NCBI GenBank assembly: GCA_963728565.1
Contig: CAVSLC010000002.1
Location: 96,001 to 160,000, forward strand
Source: an uncultured delta proteobacterium
Lineage (GTDB): Bacteria; Desulfobacterota; Binatia; UBA9968
DNA: 64,000 nucleotides
Direction of reading: 5' to 3'
Notes under the pieces: model-generated
Told to the model about the DNA's origin: nothing
The model's input: the letters and a program-made list of their open reading frames with translations, nothing else
Databases searched by the model: none
Made by a program: the position numbers and the translations under genes
In this document: positions 51,787 through 62,451 of the stretch, piece after piece
Layout: the number at the start of each line of letters is the position of its first letter
How positions within the stretch are numbered: the stretch's first letter is position 1

Positions 51787-52394
51787 TTACACTGAATCGA
51801 TCTTCAGCCATTCCTGCCATCTTTCCATGTCACTGAATAGGGGCAGGGAGTCCGTCGTCGCTTCACTGCGCGCTAACTCGAAGCGTTTTTTGAAAAGCTG
51901 CTCGGCTTCGGGCTCTGTAATCGGCAGGGGCGGTCCCGACGACGACCGTTGATCCATATAAAAAGACGCCAATCAATCTGCCGCCGGGCACCAAAAGATC
52001 TGTCATTCTGTTCACATATTCGGGCCAGCGCGAAGGAGTCATTGAACAAAGAAATGTCCGTTCGTAGATGAGGTCGAATCGGCGCTCGCCGAAATCGTAG
52101 GTAAAGAAGTCTCCCAGAACAACCCGTTCAGCCAAGGACCCAAGCACCCGTTTGGCCTGGGCCACAGCCGCAGGCGAAAAATCTATTGCTGAAACATCGT
52201 AGCCCGGCTGCATGGAACGCCTGAATCTCGTAGCCCGATCCGCATCCCGGAATCAGTACTCTGCCCGGAACAGAAGATCTCTCAAGAAACGATCTCAAGG
52301 CGGATGGAACACCGCCGAAGTCCCACGGTGTTTTGCCGGACGCATAACGAGCGGTCCAGAAATCCGGCTGGTTATTGTCGGAAGAATTTTCCAT
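51787..52394 (-). CDS. TPMT-family SAM methyltransferase; two frameshifts
   Basis: FW..RY..GKTPWD, LIPGCGSGYE | DFS..AV, GDFF, YERTFLC | GPP..I; pieces lie in three frames. Confidence 0.8.
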
Positions 52395-52585
52395 AAAGAT
52401 AACCTTAACTCTAACGACACGGTTCCTAAAGATAACGAGTATTAATTGTCGCAATCGCCTCTCGTATGTTTCAACACTCCCGCCGATGGCTTCAGGAACA
52501 CGGCAAATACGGCGAATAGCCGATTGACACACCGGCGGTTTTCTTAGTAGCGTCGGCGGCGCTATTTCTCGCCTTGGAGGAACGT

Positions 52586-53494
52586 ATGAAGCTGAAGCTT
52601 GCGATCGTCGTCGCTTCCCTCTATCTCGTGACTGCTGGCGTCGCTTACGCGCAGGACTTGCCAGCCAATATTAAAAAGATCAAAGAAGGCATCTACGTGT
52701 ACGTCGGCAATAACTTCAATTCCAATTGCGGCATCGTGATCACCCAGGACGGCGTGGTGCTGATCGACAGCGGTCATAGTCCGACGGATTCCCGCGTGAT
52801 CCTGGAAGCGGTGAAAAAAATCACTCCGCTGCCGATCCTCTTCCTTATCGACACCGAGCCTCATCCGGACCACACCACGGGTCATTTTGTATTCTCCCCG
52901 CCGACGACCATCATTGCTCACCAGGGCGCCACGGAATCGATGATCGGTCGCGAAAAGGAAACGCCGGGACGGATCGAAAAACTGGCCGGAACGTCGCCCG
53001 CGATGCGCAAAGCGCTGGAGGGATATCGATTCGTGCCGCCGCACGTCGAGTATCGCGAGAAGATGACGTTGAGGGTGGGCGAGCGCAGCTTCGAGTTGAT
53101 GTACCTGAAGGGCGTGCACAGCGAAGCCGACACCGCGGTGTGGCTGCCAGCAGAGCGCGTGCTGTTTTCGGCGTCCGGCATAGTGGTCGACCAGTTCAAT
53201 ATTCTCCGTCCGTTCGTGACGATTCCCGACATCTTGGCCGCGTCGAAGATGATGAAAGCTTTGAAACCAGAATTCGTGGTCCCCGGACACGCGCCAGCCC
53301 GGCACAACGAAAATCTTCGACGACACGGAAAAGTACTACGGCTTGCTGGTGGAGCGGGTCGGCAAGATGGCGAAGGAAGGTAAATCTCTCGACGAAATCA
53401 AGAAAGAAGTAAAGATGCCGGAGTACGACCATTGGGCGACTAAGGAGCGTTCCCGCAAGTGGAAGCGGCATATAAAGTCGTGACGGGCAAGTGA
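52586..53494 (+). CDS. Secreted MBL-fold hydrolase, copy 1; frameshifts near 53292 and 53452
   Basis: Signal peptide; VLIDSG, TEPHPDHTTG, HSEAD, VVPGH. Confidence 0.8.
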
Positions 53495-53538
53495 TCCGAG
53501 ATAGAGGCTCGAAGCCCTAAAGGGAGTCAGGAGACGCA

Positions 53539-54446
53539 ATGAAATTCGGATTTACCCGTGCGGTGCTCTTGACGGTGGTCGCCGCGTTAGTCACGACGAC
53601 GGCGTCCGCCCAGGATTTGGGGCCGCATTTCAAAAACTCAAGGAAGGCATCTTTGTCTATTCGCAAAAGCCGGCAGACTCTAACGCGACGATCATTTTAA
53701 CTTCCGAAGGCGTGGTTTTGATCGACAGCGGGCACCGTCCGCCGGATTCTGTGGCTCTGGCTGCGGCGGTGAAAAAACTCACATCCCAACCGGTGCGCTA
53801 TTTGATTAACACCGAGCCGCACACCGATCACACCACGGGTCACTGGATGTTTTCTCCGCCGGCAGTGATCATCGCTCATGCCGGCGCCACGGAGTCGATG
53901 AAGCAAGGGCTCGATCCGGAGCGCGTTAGGAAAACCGTCGCTGAATTTTCGGCGCTGCAGGAAATCAAAAACTTTCGTCCAATCTGGCCGCATGTCGAGT
54001 TTCACGACCGGATGACACTTCACGTCGGCGACCGGTCTTTCGAGTTGCGGTTTCTCAAGAGCGTTCACAGCGAAGCGGACACCGCGATTTGGATGCCGAA
54101 CGAGCGAATCGTCTTTGCCGCGGCGTCCGTCGGCGTGAAGCGCTTCAGCAATCTCAGGCCATTCGTAAAAATCACCGATACGCTTGAGGGGATCAAGATG
54201 ATGCGCGGGCTCAATCCCGAGATCGTCGTACCTGGGCACGGTCCGCCGGGGACTGTCAAGATCCTCGACGACATGGAGAACTATTACACTCTATTGCTTA
54301 AGCAGGTTGGAGCGATGGTCAAGCAGGGCAAATCTCTCGAAGAAATCAAAAAAGACTTGCGCATGCCGGAGACCGACGACTGGGAGGGCAAGGATCGCTT
54401 TCCGAATAATATTGAAGGGGCTTACCGCGCAGTGAGCGGGAGATAA
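53539..54446 (+). CDS. Secreted MBL-fold hydrolase, copy 2; frameshift near 53636
   Basis: GGAG RBS and signal peptide at 53539; VLIDSG, TEPHTDHTTG, HSEAD, VPGHG. Confidence 0.8.
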
Positions 54447-54522
54447 CAACATCTGTTAGCCCTTGTATCCGACGCCACCAAGCAGGCGAATGGCGGAGAT
54501 CGTACGGAATGCCACGCCTCGA

Positions 54523-55053
54523 TCAAGCTCTACCGGCTCGCGCCATGCCCGTCCTTACGAGCGCCATCGCCCGCTCCCGTCCGGAGCGCCCCTTGGGCTC
54601 GAACGTCTTGCCCTTTGCCATATTGTAGGAGATGAAGAAGTGCTCGATCTGGCTGACCAGGTCGTCACTTACATCACTGATGTCGCCCAGCGATCGATGG
54701 GTGATCGATTTCGCTGCAACTGCGATCAGCCGGTCGTTGCGAAAGGTTTTGCCGTTCTCCGTCTGCTCCGCCTCGATGACGCCGATCAGCCGTGACGGAA
54801 CGATACAGCCGGTAAACGCGGCGGCATCCATGAGAACCAGCACGTCGAGGGGATCGGCGTCCTCCCCGATCGTTGACGGCACGAAGCCGAAGTCGAAAGG
54901 GTAAACGGCCCCAGCGGGCAGTATCCCGTCAAGCACGAAGGCTCCGAAACGCGGCTCGTAGGTGTACTTGTTCTGAGAACCTTTGGGCGTTTCGATGATG
55001 ACGGTCAGCTCGCCACCGTGGAACGCATCCAACCTGTCCAGCGATACTATCAC
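54523..55053 (-). CDS. ppa: Family I inorganic pyrophosphatase
   Basis: IETPKGS.NKY, YP.DFGF.P.T..ED.DPLD, IEHFF..YN. Confidence 0.9.
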   Translation of the reverse strand: MIVSLDRLDAFHGGELTVIIETPKGSQNKYTYEPRFGAFVLDGILPAGAVYPFDFGFVPSTIGEDADPLDVLVLMDAAAFTGCIVPSRLIGVIEAEQTENGKTFRNDRLIAVAAKSITHRSLGDISDVSDDLVSQIEHFFISYNMAKGKTFEPKGRSGRERAMALVRTGMARAGRA

Positions 55054-55397
55054 TTAGGTTACTTCCCATGGCTCAATCTCGAAGCCCGATCTTCGAGCGG
55101 CTCGCTGCCGATCTCGAGGCGCAAGTTCCGCGCGTCGATTTCTCACGCAGTTTCTTTGCCGTGTCATGCCGGGAAGCTTACCGTCGGGCAATGTCGATTG
55201 CTTACTGCGTTTGCCAACATTCACAAACGTTCCTGAGATCTCAACCGCTTCCCGGTCCGTCTATACCGGCGCTGGATGGAAAGAAATTCAGCGCTTAGCC
55301 CCAGCGTAATGCGTTCGCGACCATTGCGGCCGGTATAATGGCGATCAAGGCGAACTTGCATCACGCAAGTCTTGGGAATGTGCATGAAAAACTTAGT

Positions 55398-55523
55398 TCA
55401 ATGGCCTGTTTTGCACGTTGAGCAGAGTAATGTTTGGGCGTCGAAATCGGTATTCGGACAGGGTTTGCCTTGATGATCGCGATGCGTGCAGATGCAGTGA
55501 GTGGCGGTTACTGGGCTTGCCAT
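55398..55523 (-). CDS. Small Cys/His-rich protein (41 aa)
   Basis: GAGGAG RBS; MASPVTATHCICTHRDHQGKPCPNTDFDAQTLLCSTCKTGH; follows the YsnF-like gene. Confidence 0.45.
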   Translation of the reverse strand: MASPVTATHCICTHRDHQGKPCPNTDFDAQTLLCSTCKTGH

Positions 55524-55631
55524 GACATCTCCTCGGTGCTTTGCGTGTGAAAAACCTGTACGGCGGGAAAGAAGAATTGTTGGTCGCCCTGTTTGATGCA
55601 GAGGGGCGACCATTCAATCCAGTGAAGCGAA

Positions 55632-56768
55632 TTAACGTCGGTTATCTTCTTCTCTCAATCTTTCCTCATTCCCCGTTCTTTCTACTTCAACGTCTTTACG
55701 ACGTACCGTGTCGCGCACCGTTTCGGTGTGTTCCTCTGTCGTTTTGCCAATAACGATTTCCTCGACGACGCGTTCTTGCTTGCCGATAACCGGCTCCTCT
55801 TTCGTTTCAGTAATCTCGATTACAACGTCATCTTTTTTATCGCCGGCGCCGACAGGCCGATCTACCGCACGTCGATCAACCGTTACCCGTTCACTCTGTA
55901 GTTGCACTGATTGTTCGACCGGCTTCTCAGTGACACGGCCGTATATACGTACCCGTCCGCTTTGCACAGCCCGCTTTCCGACAACCAACTGTTCTTCAGT
56001 CACTGGAATTACTCGATCCTCGGGGCTGAAGCTCTCTTGACCGGCTCTTACTCCTGATTCGTCTACTCGCGCCGTTCGGTAGTTAATGTCGCGCTCACCA
56101 GCACCAACTTCAGGCATCTCGTGACGGAGAGTCTGATGCTCGCTAATCTCATCAAGACGGGACTCGGGCTTGCCGCCGAAGGCGCTTGGACGATCAGCGC
56201 TGTCAGTATCAGTCTCGCGCCCAGCAATTCTGTCAGCGCCGCAAGATTCCAAGATATCCGCCGCACGCTCCGCGGAATCGTCGTCGCTTGCTCTGACTAT
56301 CACAAGTGTCTGTCCACGTCCGACCTGATCTTGATAGTGCTTAGCTTCCTCTTCAGGGACGCCCATATCGGTCAAGGCGCCGATCAAACCGCCGGTGGCG
56401 GCACCGACTCCCGCGCCACCCAAGGCGGCGGTCAGCGCAGCTGCAATCGGTCCGGCTGCCACGATCGGTCCGATAACGGGAATAGCAAGCCCAGCAATTC
56501 CGGCCATTAATCCACCAATTCCACCCAGAGCGGCACCGATACCCGCGCCCTTGAGAGCTCCGCTCGTATCATCCTTCGGTATGGAGAGATCCGACCCACT
56601 GATTCCCGGATGAGTTTTACCTTCGTTTGACTCTCTATCATTACCATCTTGAGAAACATCTTGGGAAACGAGGCTGATATCTTCGCGGTCGAAACCGGAA
56701 TTTACCAGCTGCTGCACTGTGGAGTGTGCTTCGGATCGGCTATCGAACAAACCAACAACATTCGGCAT
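55632..56768 (-). CDS. General stress protein: YflT-like N-terminus, Gly-zipper and YsnF/AvaK (DUF2382) domain
   Basis: VVGLFD...A..L...GF..DIS; GAGIGAALGG...IP..GP..AAGP; EEQLVVGKR...V.RR.VDRP...ETVR. Confidence 0.88.
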   Translation of the reverse strand: MPNVVGLFDSRSEAHSTVQQLVNSGFDREDISLVSQDVSQDGNDRESNEGKTHPGISGSDLSIPKDDTSGALKGAGIGAALGGIGGLMAGIAGLAIPVIGPIVAAGPIAAALTAALGGAGVGAATGGLIGALTDMGVPEEEAKHYQDQVGRGQTLVIVRASDDDSAERAADILESCGADRIAGRETDTDSADRPSAFGGKPESRLDEISEHQTLRHEMPEVGAGERDINYRTARVDESGVRAGQESFSPEDRVIPVTEEQLVVGKRAVQSGRVRIYGRVTEKPVEQSVQLQSERVTVDRRAVDRPVGAGDKKDDVVIEITETKEEPVIGKQERVVEEIVIGKTTEEHTETVRDTVRRKDVEVERTGNEERLREEDNRR

Positions 56769-56944
56769 TCTGATTCTCCTTCTTATGGTTCTTAGGTTGA
56801 TGAAACAATTTTACTCCTCACCTTCTTACATCCGCTGCGTGTTAAAGGACAAAATTGCCGGCGATTTCTCTCCGGCTTAGACGATGCGCGGCCAGTTTGG
56901 GGGATTGATTGTCGAGAAGAGGACTAACCTAGGTCTATTCTAGC

Positions 56945-56959
56945 GCAAGCCGCGTGCCA
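56945..56959 (-). promoter_or_regulatory. Sigma-54 promoter for the YsnF-like gene
   Basis: TGGCACGCGGCTTGC, a consensus match. Confidence 0.7.
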
Positions 56960-57326
56960 CGGAGCGTAGCCAGCATTTGCGTTTAAAACATTACTCTTCG
57001 ATAAGCGAGTGCCTCTAAAAACGTATCAGGGTTAAGAATCGTTACGAAACAATAGAGTGATATTCAGGACAATCGGAGTGAAGCGCCAATTCCACCGAGA
57101 ATCAAAAACTCAGCCGTCAATGCGCTTGGTGGCGAAGGCGGTCAACGTAAGATGCTAAGCTAAAGCGAGAGAGGTCAGCTGCACCTTCGCGTCCAGTTAG
57201 GTTTGGGCCAGATTTCGGGTCAAGAATTTTTCCTCCTTAGTGAGACCGCGGGTTTGATCTGACACACAACACATCAAATCGTTGCGTTACCGGCACGACG
57301 CAGCAACTATCACGGCCAGATAATTC

Positions 57327-57341
57327 TGGCACATCAATTGC
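57327..57341 (+). promoter_or_regulatory. Sigma-54 promoter for the desaturase
   Basis: TGGCACATCAATTGC, a consensus match. Confidence 0.7.
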
Positions 57342-57428
57342 GCATACCGTGTGATCCTTCAATTAGCTCATTAATTAGGTGAACGACTAACGGCAGTGTT
57401 GCTGGTTCGTGCGTTTTAAGAAAGGTGT

Positions 57429-58364
57429 ATGCATAATTTAATCAGCTATTTTTCTCAGTGGATCGATTCTGAACAGAATGCCTCTGCTCCCGCGATTCAC
57501 GCCTCTGATGTAGATAGGATAAATTGGTTCCGCTGCTTACCGTTTCTGCTGCTTCATCTGGCGTGTATCGCCGTGTGGTGGGTGGGATGGAGTGGTTTCG
57601 CCTTATGCACCGCGGTGGGCCTTTATGTAGTACGCATGTTTGCCATTACCGGTATATACCATCGTTACTTTTCGCACCGCACATACCGGACGTCGCGATG
57701 GATGCAGTTCGTATTTGCGTTATTGGGTGCATCATCAGCGCAACGTGGGCCGCTGTGGTGGGCCGCGCATCATCGGAGTCATCATAAATTTTCCGATATG
57801 CAACCCGATCCACACTCGCCGATTCGACATGGTTTCTGGCGATCACACATCGGATGGTTCATGACCAATCGGCATTTCTTAACGGACTATCGCCGCGTAC
57901 AGGACTTTGCCCGCTTCCCCGAGTTGCGATGGTTGAATCGTTTTGACGTGATCGTTCCAATCATTCTTGCAGTGACGCTTTACTGCGTTGGTTGTTTGCT
58001 TCATTACGCCGCTCCATCTTTGGGAGTTACAGGGTGGCAGCTAGTCGTCTGGGGCTTTGTGGTTAGTACGATAATGTTGTTTCATGCCACGGCGAGCATC
58101 AATTCGCTGGCGCATCTGATCGGCCGCCGCCGCTATGACACAGGTGATGATAGCCGCAATAATTTCATGCTCGCTTTGATTACCCTAGGCGAAGGTTGGC
58201 ACAACAACCATCACAAGTTTAGGAGTTGTACCCGACAAGGATTTTATTGGTGGGAAATCGATTTGACGTACTATGCTCTTAAGTTTTTCGCCGCCTTCGG
58301 ACTCATCTGGGACCTCAGACCTGTTCCCGGCAAAGCGTATGACCACAACCAGCAGCTGTCGTGA
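57429..58364 (+). CDS. Delta-9-type acyl-CoA/acyl-lipid desaturase
   Basis: His boxes HRYFSH, HR.HH, GEGWHNNHH. Confidence 0.92.
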   Translation: MHNLISYFSQWIDSEQNASAPAIHASDVDRINWFRCLPFLLLHLACIAVWWVGWSGFALCTAVGLYVVRMFAITGIYHRYFSHRTYRTSRWMQFVFALLGASSAQRGPLWWAAHHRSHHKFSDMQPDPHSPIRHGFWRSHIGWFMTNRHFLTDYRRVQDFARFPELRWLNRFDVIVPIILAVTLYCVGCLLHYAAPSLGVTGWQLVVWGFVVSTIMLFHATASINSLAHLIGRRRYDTGDDSRNNFMLALITLGEGWHNNHHKFRSCTRQGFYWWEIDLTYYALKFFAAFGLIWDLRPVPGKAYDHNQQLS

Positions 58365-58621
58365 GAAATACCAAGGATAAAAACGGTTGCCAGGCCCGGG
58401 TTAGTGACTTGGAATCACGTCGAGTTGAACCAAAACTCCAATAAACCGTCTGCTCGAATGACGTCGTAATTCCCGACCATTGCCTAGCATGTGGAACAGC
58501 TCCTGCCGCATACACTACTGGACGGCAAGTCGTAGCGATGGATTCACTCGCATGTTATAGCTGAAGACATTAGGGATCAGCTCCCAATCCATTCATACAT
58601 AATCAGCTGCAAGGAGACATT

Positions 58622-59767
58622 GTGCGTCTATCAGAATTTATTCTGTCGAATATGAACGAGATTCTCGCTGAATGGGAATCATTTGCGAAAGCGATCGTTC
58701 CCGCGGCGGACTTAGATAAACTCGCGTTGCGTGATCATGCGCCGGAAATTCTAAAGGCTATCGCATTGGACATGGAAACAACGCAAACGGACTTGGAGCA
58801 GGCCGAAAAGTCGAAGGGTCTCGCACCTACCAGAGACCCGGAAACTGCCGCAGAAATTCATAGTACCCAGCGTCTTCGGACCGGTTTCAACCAAGTACAA
58901 GTCGTTTCCGAATACCGCGCCCTTCGCGCATCTGTCATTCGACTCTGGCTCGCCAGCTCACCGCAGCCCGACGCATCCGATCTTTATCAACTAACCCGGT
59001 TCAATGAAGGACTTGATCAAGCTCTTGGTGAGTCGACCATGCGCTTTATGCAGGAAGTCGAGACAGCCCGAGATTTTGCCCTCGCCGTTCTAGCCCATGA
59101 CTTACGCAACCCCCTAAACGCGGTGATAACCTCGGCAGAATGCCTCAAGATAGCGAAAGCGCGTGATGACGAGACGATCACAGCTCTCAGTTCTATTATC
59201 TTTGACAGCGGTATGCAGATGAGCAAATTGATAGACACATTGCTCGACTTCACTGGCACACGACTGGGCCGCTCGCTTTCAGTAAAACGGGAGCCTATGT
59301 GCCTTCGCCCGATTCTTGAATCGACTGTGGCATCGTTTTCGGCAGCACACCCGAACCGGACTATCGAACTGAATTGCAATGAAGAAGCTCAATGTGCTGT
59401 TGACGAGGTTCGTATTCGACAGATGCTATCGAACCTGGTCGCCAATGCGATCCAGCATGGGGCCGAAACAAGCCCGATAGTCATCACCAGTTGGATAGCA
59501 TCCGGTGAAATCGTGATTCAAGTACATAATGATGGTCCACCCATAGCGGCGTCAAAAATTCCGACAACATTTGATTTTTCCGCCCAGAGACGAACCAACA
59601 ATGGAGACGTGACGACTGGACTCGGCCATTTAGGAATTGGCCTTTATATCACGGGAAAGATCGTTGAAGCCCACGCCGGGAAGATAAGCGTCACTTCGAC
59701 TGCGCAGGAGGGGACCACGTTCGAGGTGCGACTGCCTTGTGCGGCGACCGAGCATCACGCGGCGTAG
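58622..59767 (+). CDS. Cytoplasmic sensor histidine kinase with RsbRD_N-like N-terminus
   Basis: AHDLRNPL H-box, NLVANA.QHG, N.G, GLGHLGIGLYI, GTTF; no TM helix. Confidence 0.9.
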   Translation: MRLSEFILSNMNEILAEWESFAKAIVPAADLDKLALRDHAPEILKAIALDMETTQTDLEQAEKSKGLAPTRDPETAAEIHSTQRLRTGFNQVQVVSEYRALRASVIRLWLASSPQPDASDLYQLTRFNEGLDQALGESTMRFMQEVETARDFALAVLAHDLRNPLNAVITSAECLKIAKARDDETITALSSIIFDSGMQMSKLIDTLLDFTGTRLGRSLSVKREPMCLRPILESTVASFSAAHPNRTIELNCNEEAQCAVDEVRIRQMLSNLVANAIQHGAETSPIVITSWIASGEIVIQVHNDGPPIAASKIPTTFDFSAQRRTNNGDVTTGLGHLGIGLYITGKIVEAHAGKISVTSTAQEGTTFEVRLPCAATEHHAA

Positions 59768-59909
59768 CCTCCTGCCAATACGTGACGGTTTGTTATCTCA
59801 CCCGTGACGCATAACCGAAGAAGAATATCCCAGTTATGCAACGCAATTCTGACATGAAGAAGCATTGCGATGTCCTTTGTACGGTCCGAATATTGCGGAT
59901 GCGTATTCT

Positions 59910-60275
59910 GTGGTCACAAAGGTCCTGTTGGTCGAAGACGACGTATATAATCTCCAAGCACTAACTATTTACCTGAGACTAAAGGGATTAGAAGTAGAAC
60001 AGGCCCACGACGGCTTCGAGGCGCTCAAACAGCTCGATAACAGCCGTTTCCATGTTGTTGTATCCGACATCAGAATGCCAGGGTTGGATGGTGTGGAGTT
60101 GGTGAAGCGCATACGCCACAAGTTAAAAGGCCTTCCGATAGTGCTTATAAGCGGTGATCCGACGGCACCGATGGAGGCCATACCGCCACCCGAAGTATTA
60201 CGAGTCCTGACAAAGCCTTTCATGCCGAGCGAGCTGCTGGAAATAATTCACCGAGCAGTCACAGATAAGGAATGA
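59910..60275 (+). CDS. Single-domain response regulator (start uncertain)
   Basis: LLVEDD, SDIRMPGLDG, ISG, KPF. Confidence 0.85.
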   Translation: MVTKVLLVEDDVYNLQALTIYLRLKGLEVEQAHDGFEALKQLDNSRFHVVVSDIRMPGLDGVELVKRIRHKLKGLPIVLISGDPTAPMEAIPPPEVLRVLTKPFMPSELLEIIHRAVTDKE

Positions 60276-60708
60276 TAAGGCTACATCGGAGCCTCACTCT
60301 TTCCGCCTTGCAAGTCGTGCGGGTCTCCAAAGCGTGGCTCGACCCGGTGTTCAGCGCTCCCCTGCGTTCGCTATTTGCCTTAACCCTTTATCTTTCTATC
60401 CCTGAGATTTGATTCGTGCCGTTTACAACGAGAAGACACGCAAGGCGAATATCCGTACCCGGGAAGAGTGACAGGAGTCCGGTGCAGTCGGAAGGAGTGC
60501 CGTGAATGCCGTCCACGATCACTGGCGCATCCTGACATGACAAGAGGCGGCGTCAATTGGACAGGACTGTACGATGTTCAACAGACGCGACCCGCACCAA
60601 TGAGAGACAGTCCGGTTGATCCTAGAAAATACGGTTGCCTACTTGTAGCGTACAGAATTTTGTTGACAAGCAGTGACAAAAGTTTGGACACTTACGCGCG
60701 GAGGACAT

Positions 60709-62100
60709 ATGACCAAAGTAATGCAATCAGTCAGGGGAGTAGTGCAAGGGACTCTACACCGGCGGAAACCGCACCTCATGATCCCCGCGCGGGTAAAAGA
60801 TAGTGACGGCAGTTTGAATGATGCAATACAGGAGCTTGAGAAACTCTTAGTCGATCGAATCGGTAGTTTGAAAGCGGCAGTCAGCGACGACCAAGCTGTG
60901 GTGGCGCGTGAGGCGCAACATGCCGAGCAGACCATCGAAGGTCTCAAAGCAAACATCACCATGCTGGAAGCTAAGCTTCGAGAGAGCGAGGACACTGTCC
61001 GTAGAAAAGACGCCGCCAGCCAAAAAATGGAAGAAGATCTTAGCGGCGAAATCCGGGATTTACAAAGCGCGGTGAAGAAGAAAGAAGAAGTTCTCGAGAC
61101 TCGAGAATCCGAGATGAACGTTCTCAAGTCAAAAATAGATGTCATGGCCGTACAGGTAAGCCATCTGGAATCGGCGATCGAACACGAAAAAGCGGACGCG
61201 GCGAGCGAGGCTCAACGTGCCGAGCAGGTTAGCGACGGTCTGAAGACAAACATTGCAGTGCTGGAGGCTAGACTTAGAGAGAACGAAGAAACCATTCATC
61301 AAAAAAACGTTGCCAGCCGGAAGCTGGAAGAAAATCTTAGCGTCGAAATTCGCGATTTACAGAACGCAGTGAAGAAGAAAGAAGAAGCTCTCGAGAGTCG
61401 AGAATCCGAAATAACCGATTTGAAAGCCAAACTGGATGCCCTGATAGATCAGGTAACTCATTTGCAGTTGGCGAACGGGCACGCAAAAGAAGTGGCGTCG
61501 AGCAAGGCCCAACATGCCGAGCAGGTCATTGACGGTCTCAAGATGAAGATCGCGACGCTGCAAGCCCAACTTAGCCAGACAGAGCAGCTCGTTGGCGGAC
61601 TTGTTGAGAACAGTAGACTTCTTGCTTTGGAACCGCCCGTCAAAGAACTGGACCAAGAGCAAAATAGCCAGGGCTTCGATCTAAAGACCGAGTTAGAACC
61701 CCACAGAAACGGGTGGAACCACAGTGAAGCACAGGCTTTGATTGATACTCAGGCCCAAGCTCTTGGAACACCTGTCGAACGCGAGCAATCAAAAACAGGC
61801 GCAGAGAAATCCACTGCCATTCAATCTCAGGCTGGGAGAGTCATGCCCGTGGTACCGGAAGCCGCTCCGCAGACCGTGTCGCGATACGCATTCGACCGCA
61901 TGATCACTGAGTTCAGCGAGCTCAGCAACGTGATGGGAAGCATCGCATCTCTGATTATCCGCGATCAGGTGAGGGCCTTTGGGGAATCGATGGAGGAATT
62001 TCCACAGGCGCGGCTTACAGAGCTGGTCGAGTCTCTTAGCAAATCGATATCTGACGATGAGCTCAAAGCCGATTTTTGCCGGCGATTTGCCAAAGTGTAA
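60709..62100 (+). CDS. Coiled-coil protein with 99-aa tandem repeats and a small helical C-terminal domain
   Basis: AQ[HR]AEQ at 60913, 61210 and 61507 (297-nt period); C-terminal MG.IA..I.RD....GES.E.FP..RL.ELVE. Confidence 0.75.
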   Translation: MTKVMQSVRGVVQGTLHRRKPHLMIPARVKDSDGSLNDAIQELEKLLVDRIGSLKAAVSDDQAVVAREAQHAEQTIEGLKANITMLEAKLRESEDTVRRKDAASQKMEEDLSGEIRDLQSAVKKKEEVLETRESEMNVLKSKIDVMAVQVSHLESAIEHEKADAASEAQRAEQVSDGLKTNIAVLEARLRENEETIHQKNVASRKLEENLSVEIRDLQNAVKKKEEALESRESEITDLKAKLDALIDQVTHLQLANGHAKEVASSKAQHAEQVIDGLKMKIATLQAQLSQTEQLVGGLVENSRLLALEPPVKELDQEQNSQGFDLKTELEPHRNGWNHSEAQALIDTQAQALGTPVEREQSKTGAEKSTAIQSQAGRVMPVVPEAAPQTVSRYAFDRMITEFSELSNVMGSIASLIIRDQVRAFGESMEEFPQARLTELVESLSKSISDDELKADFCRRFAKV

Positions 62101-62451
62101 CCCCGAAACAACAACTCTGTCTCGTCGAAAGTGATTGGTTTGTGGCGGCTGCCGAAGAAAAGAAAACACCGTCCTTTCCCTCAGCACTCCAAAGGAGACA
62201 TAGACCTGTATACGGCGGCATCGCGTCGGCCGCCTCCCGAAGCTGAGCTTTTCCAACTTCTCCAAATCGGTAGTCGTTATTCCATACGCCATCCCGTTTC
62301 GGTCGCCGCTTTATCAATCGAGAGGACGGTAAGGTAAGAGGAGTTAATCTGATCCAAATTTCGACTCCACGATTGATCAATTAGAGTCGGGGCGAAAACA
62401 TGGCTTGCAAGGAGCGCTCAATTGATCGAGTTCGTGTGTCCGCTGTCGATG

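Noticed and set aside
2932-53640. Programmed ribosomal frameshifting
   Set aside because: No consistent slippery heptamers seen, and the lesions hit unrelated housekeeping genes.
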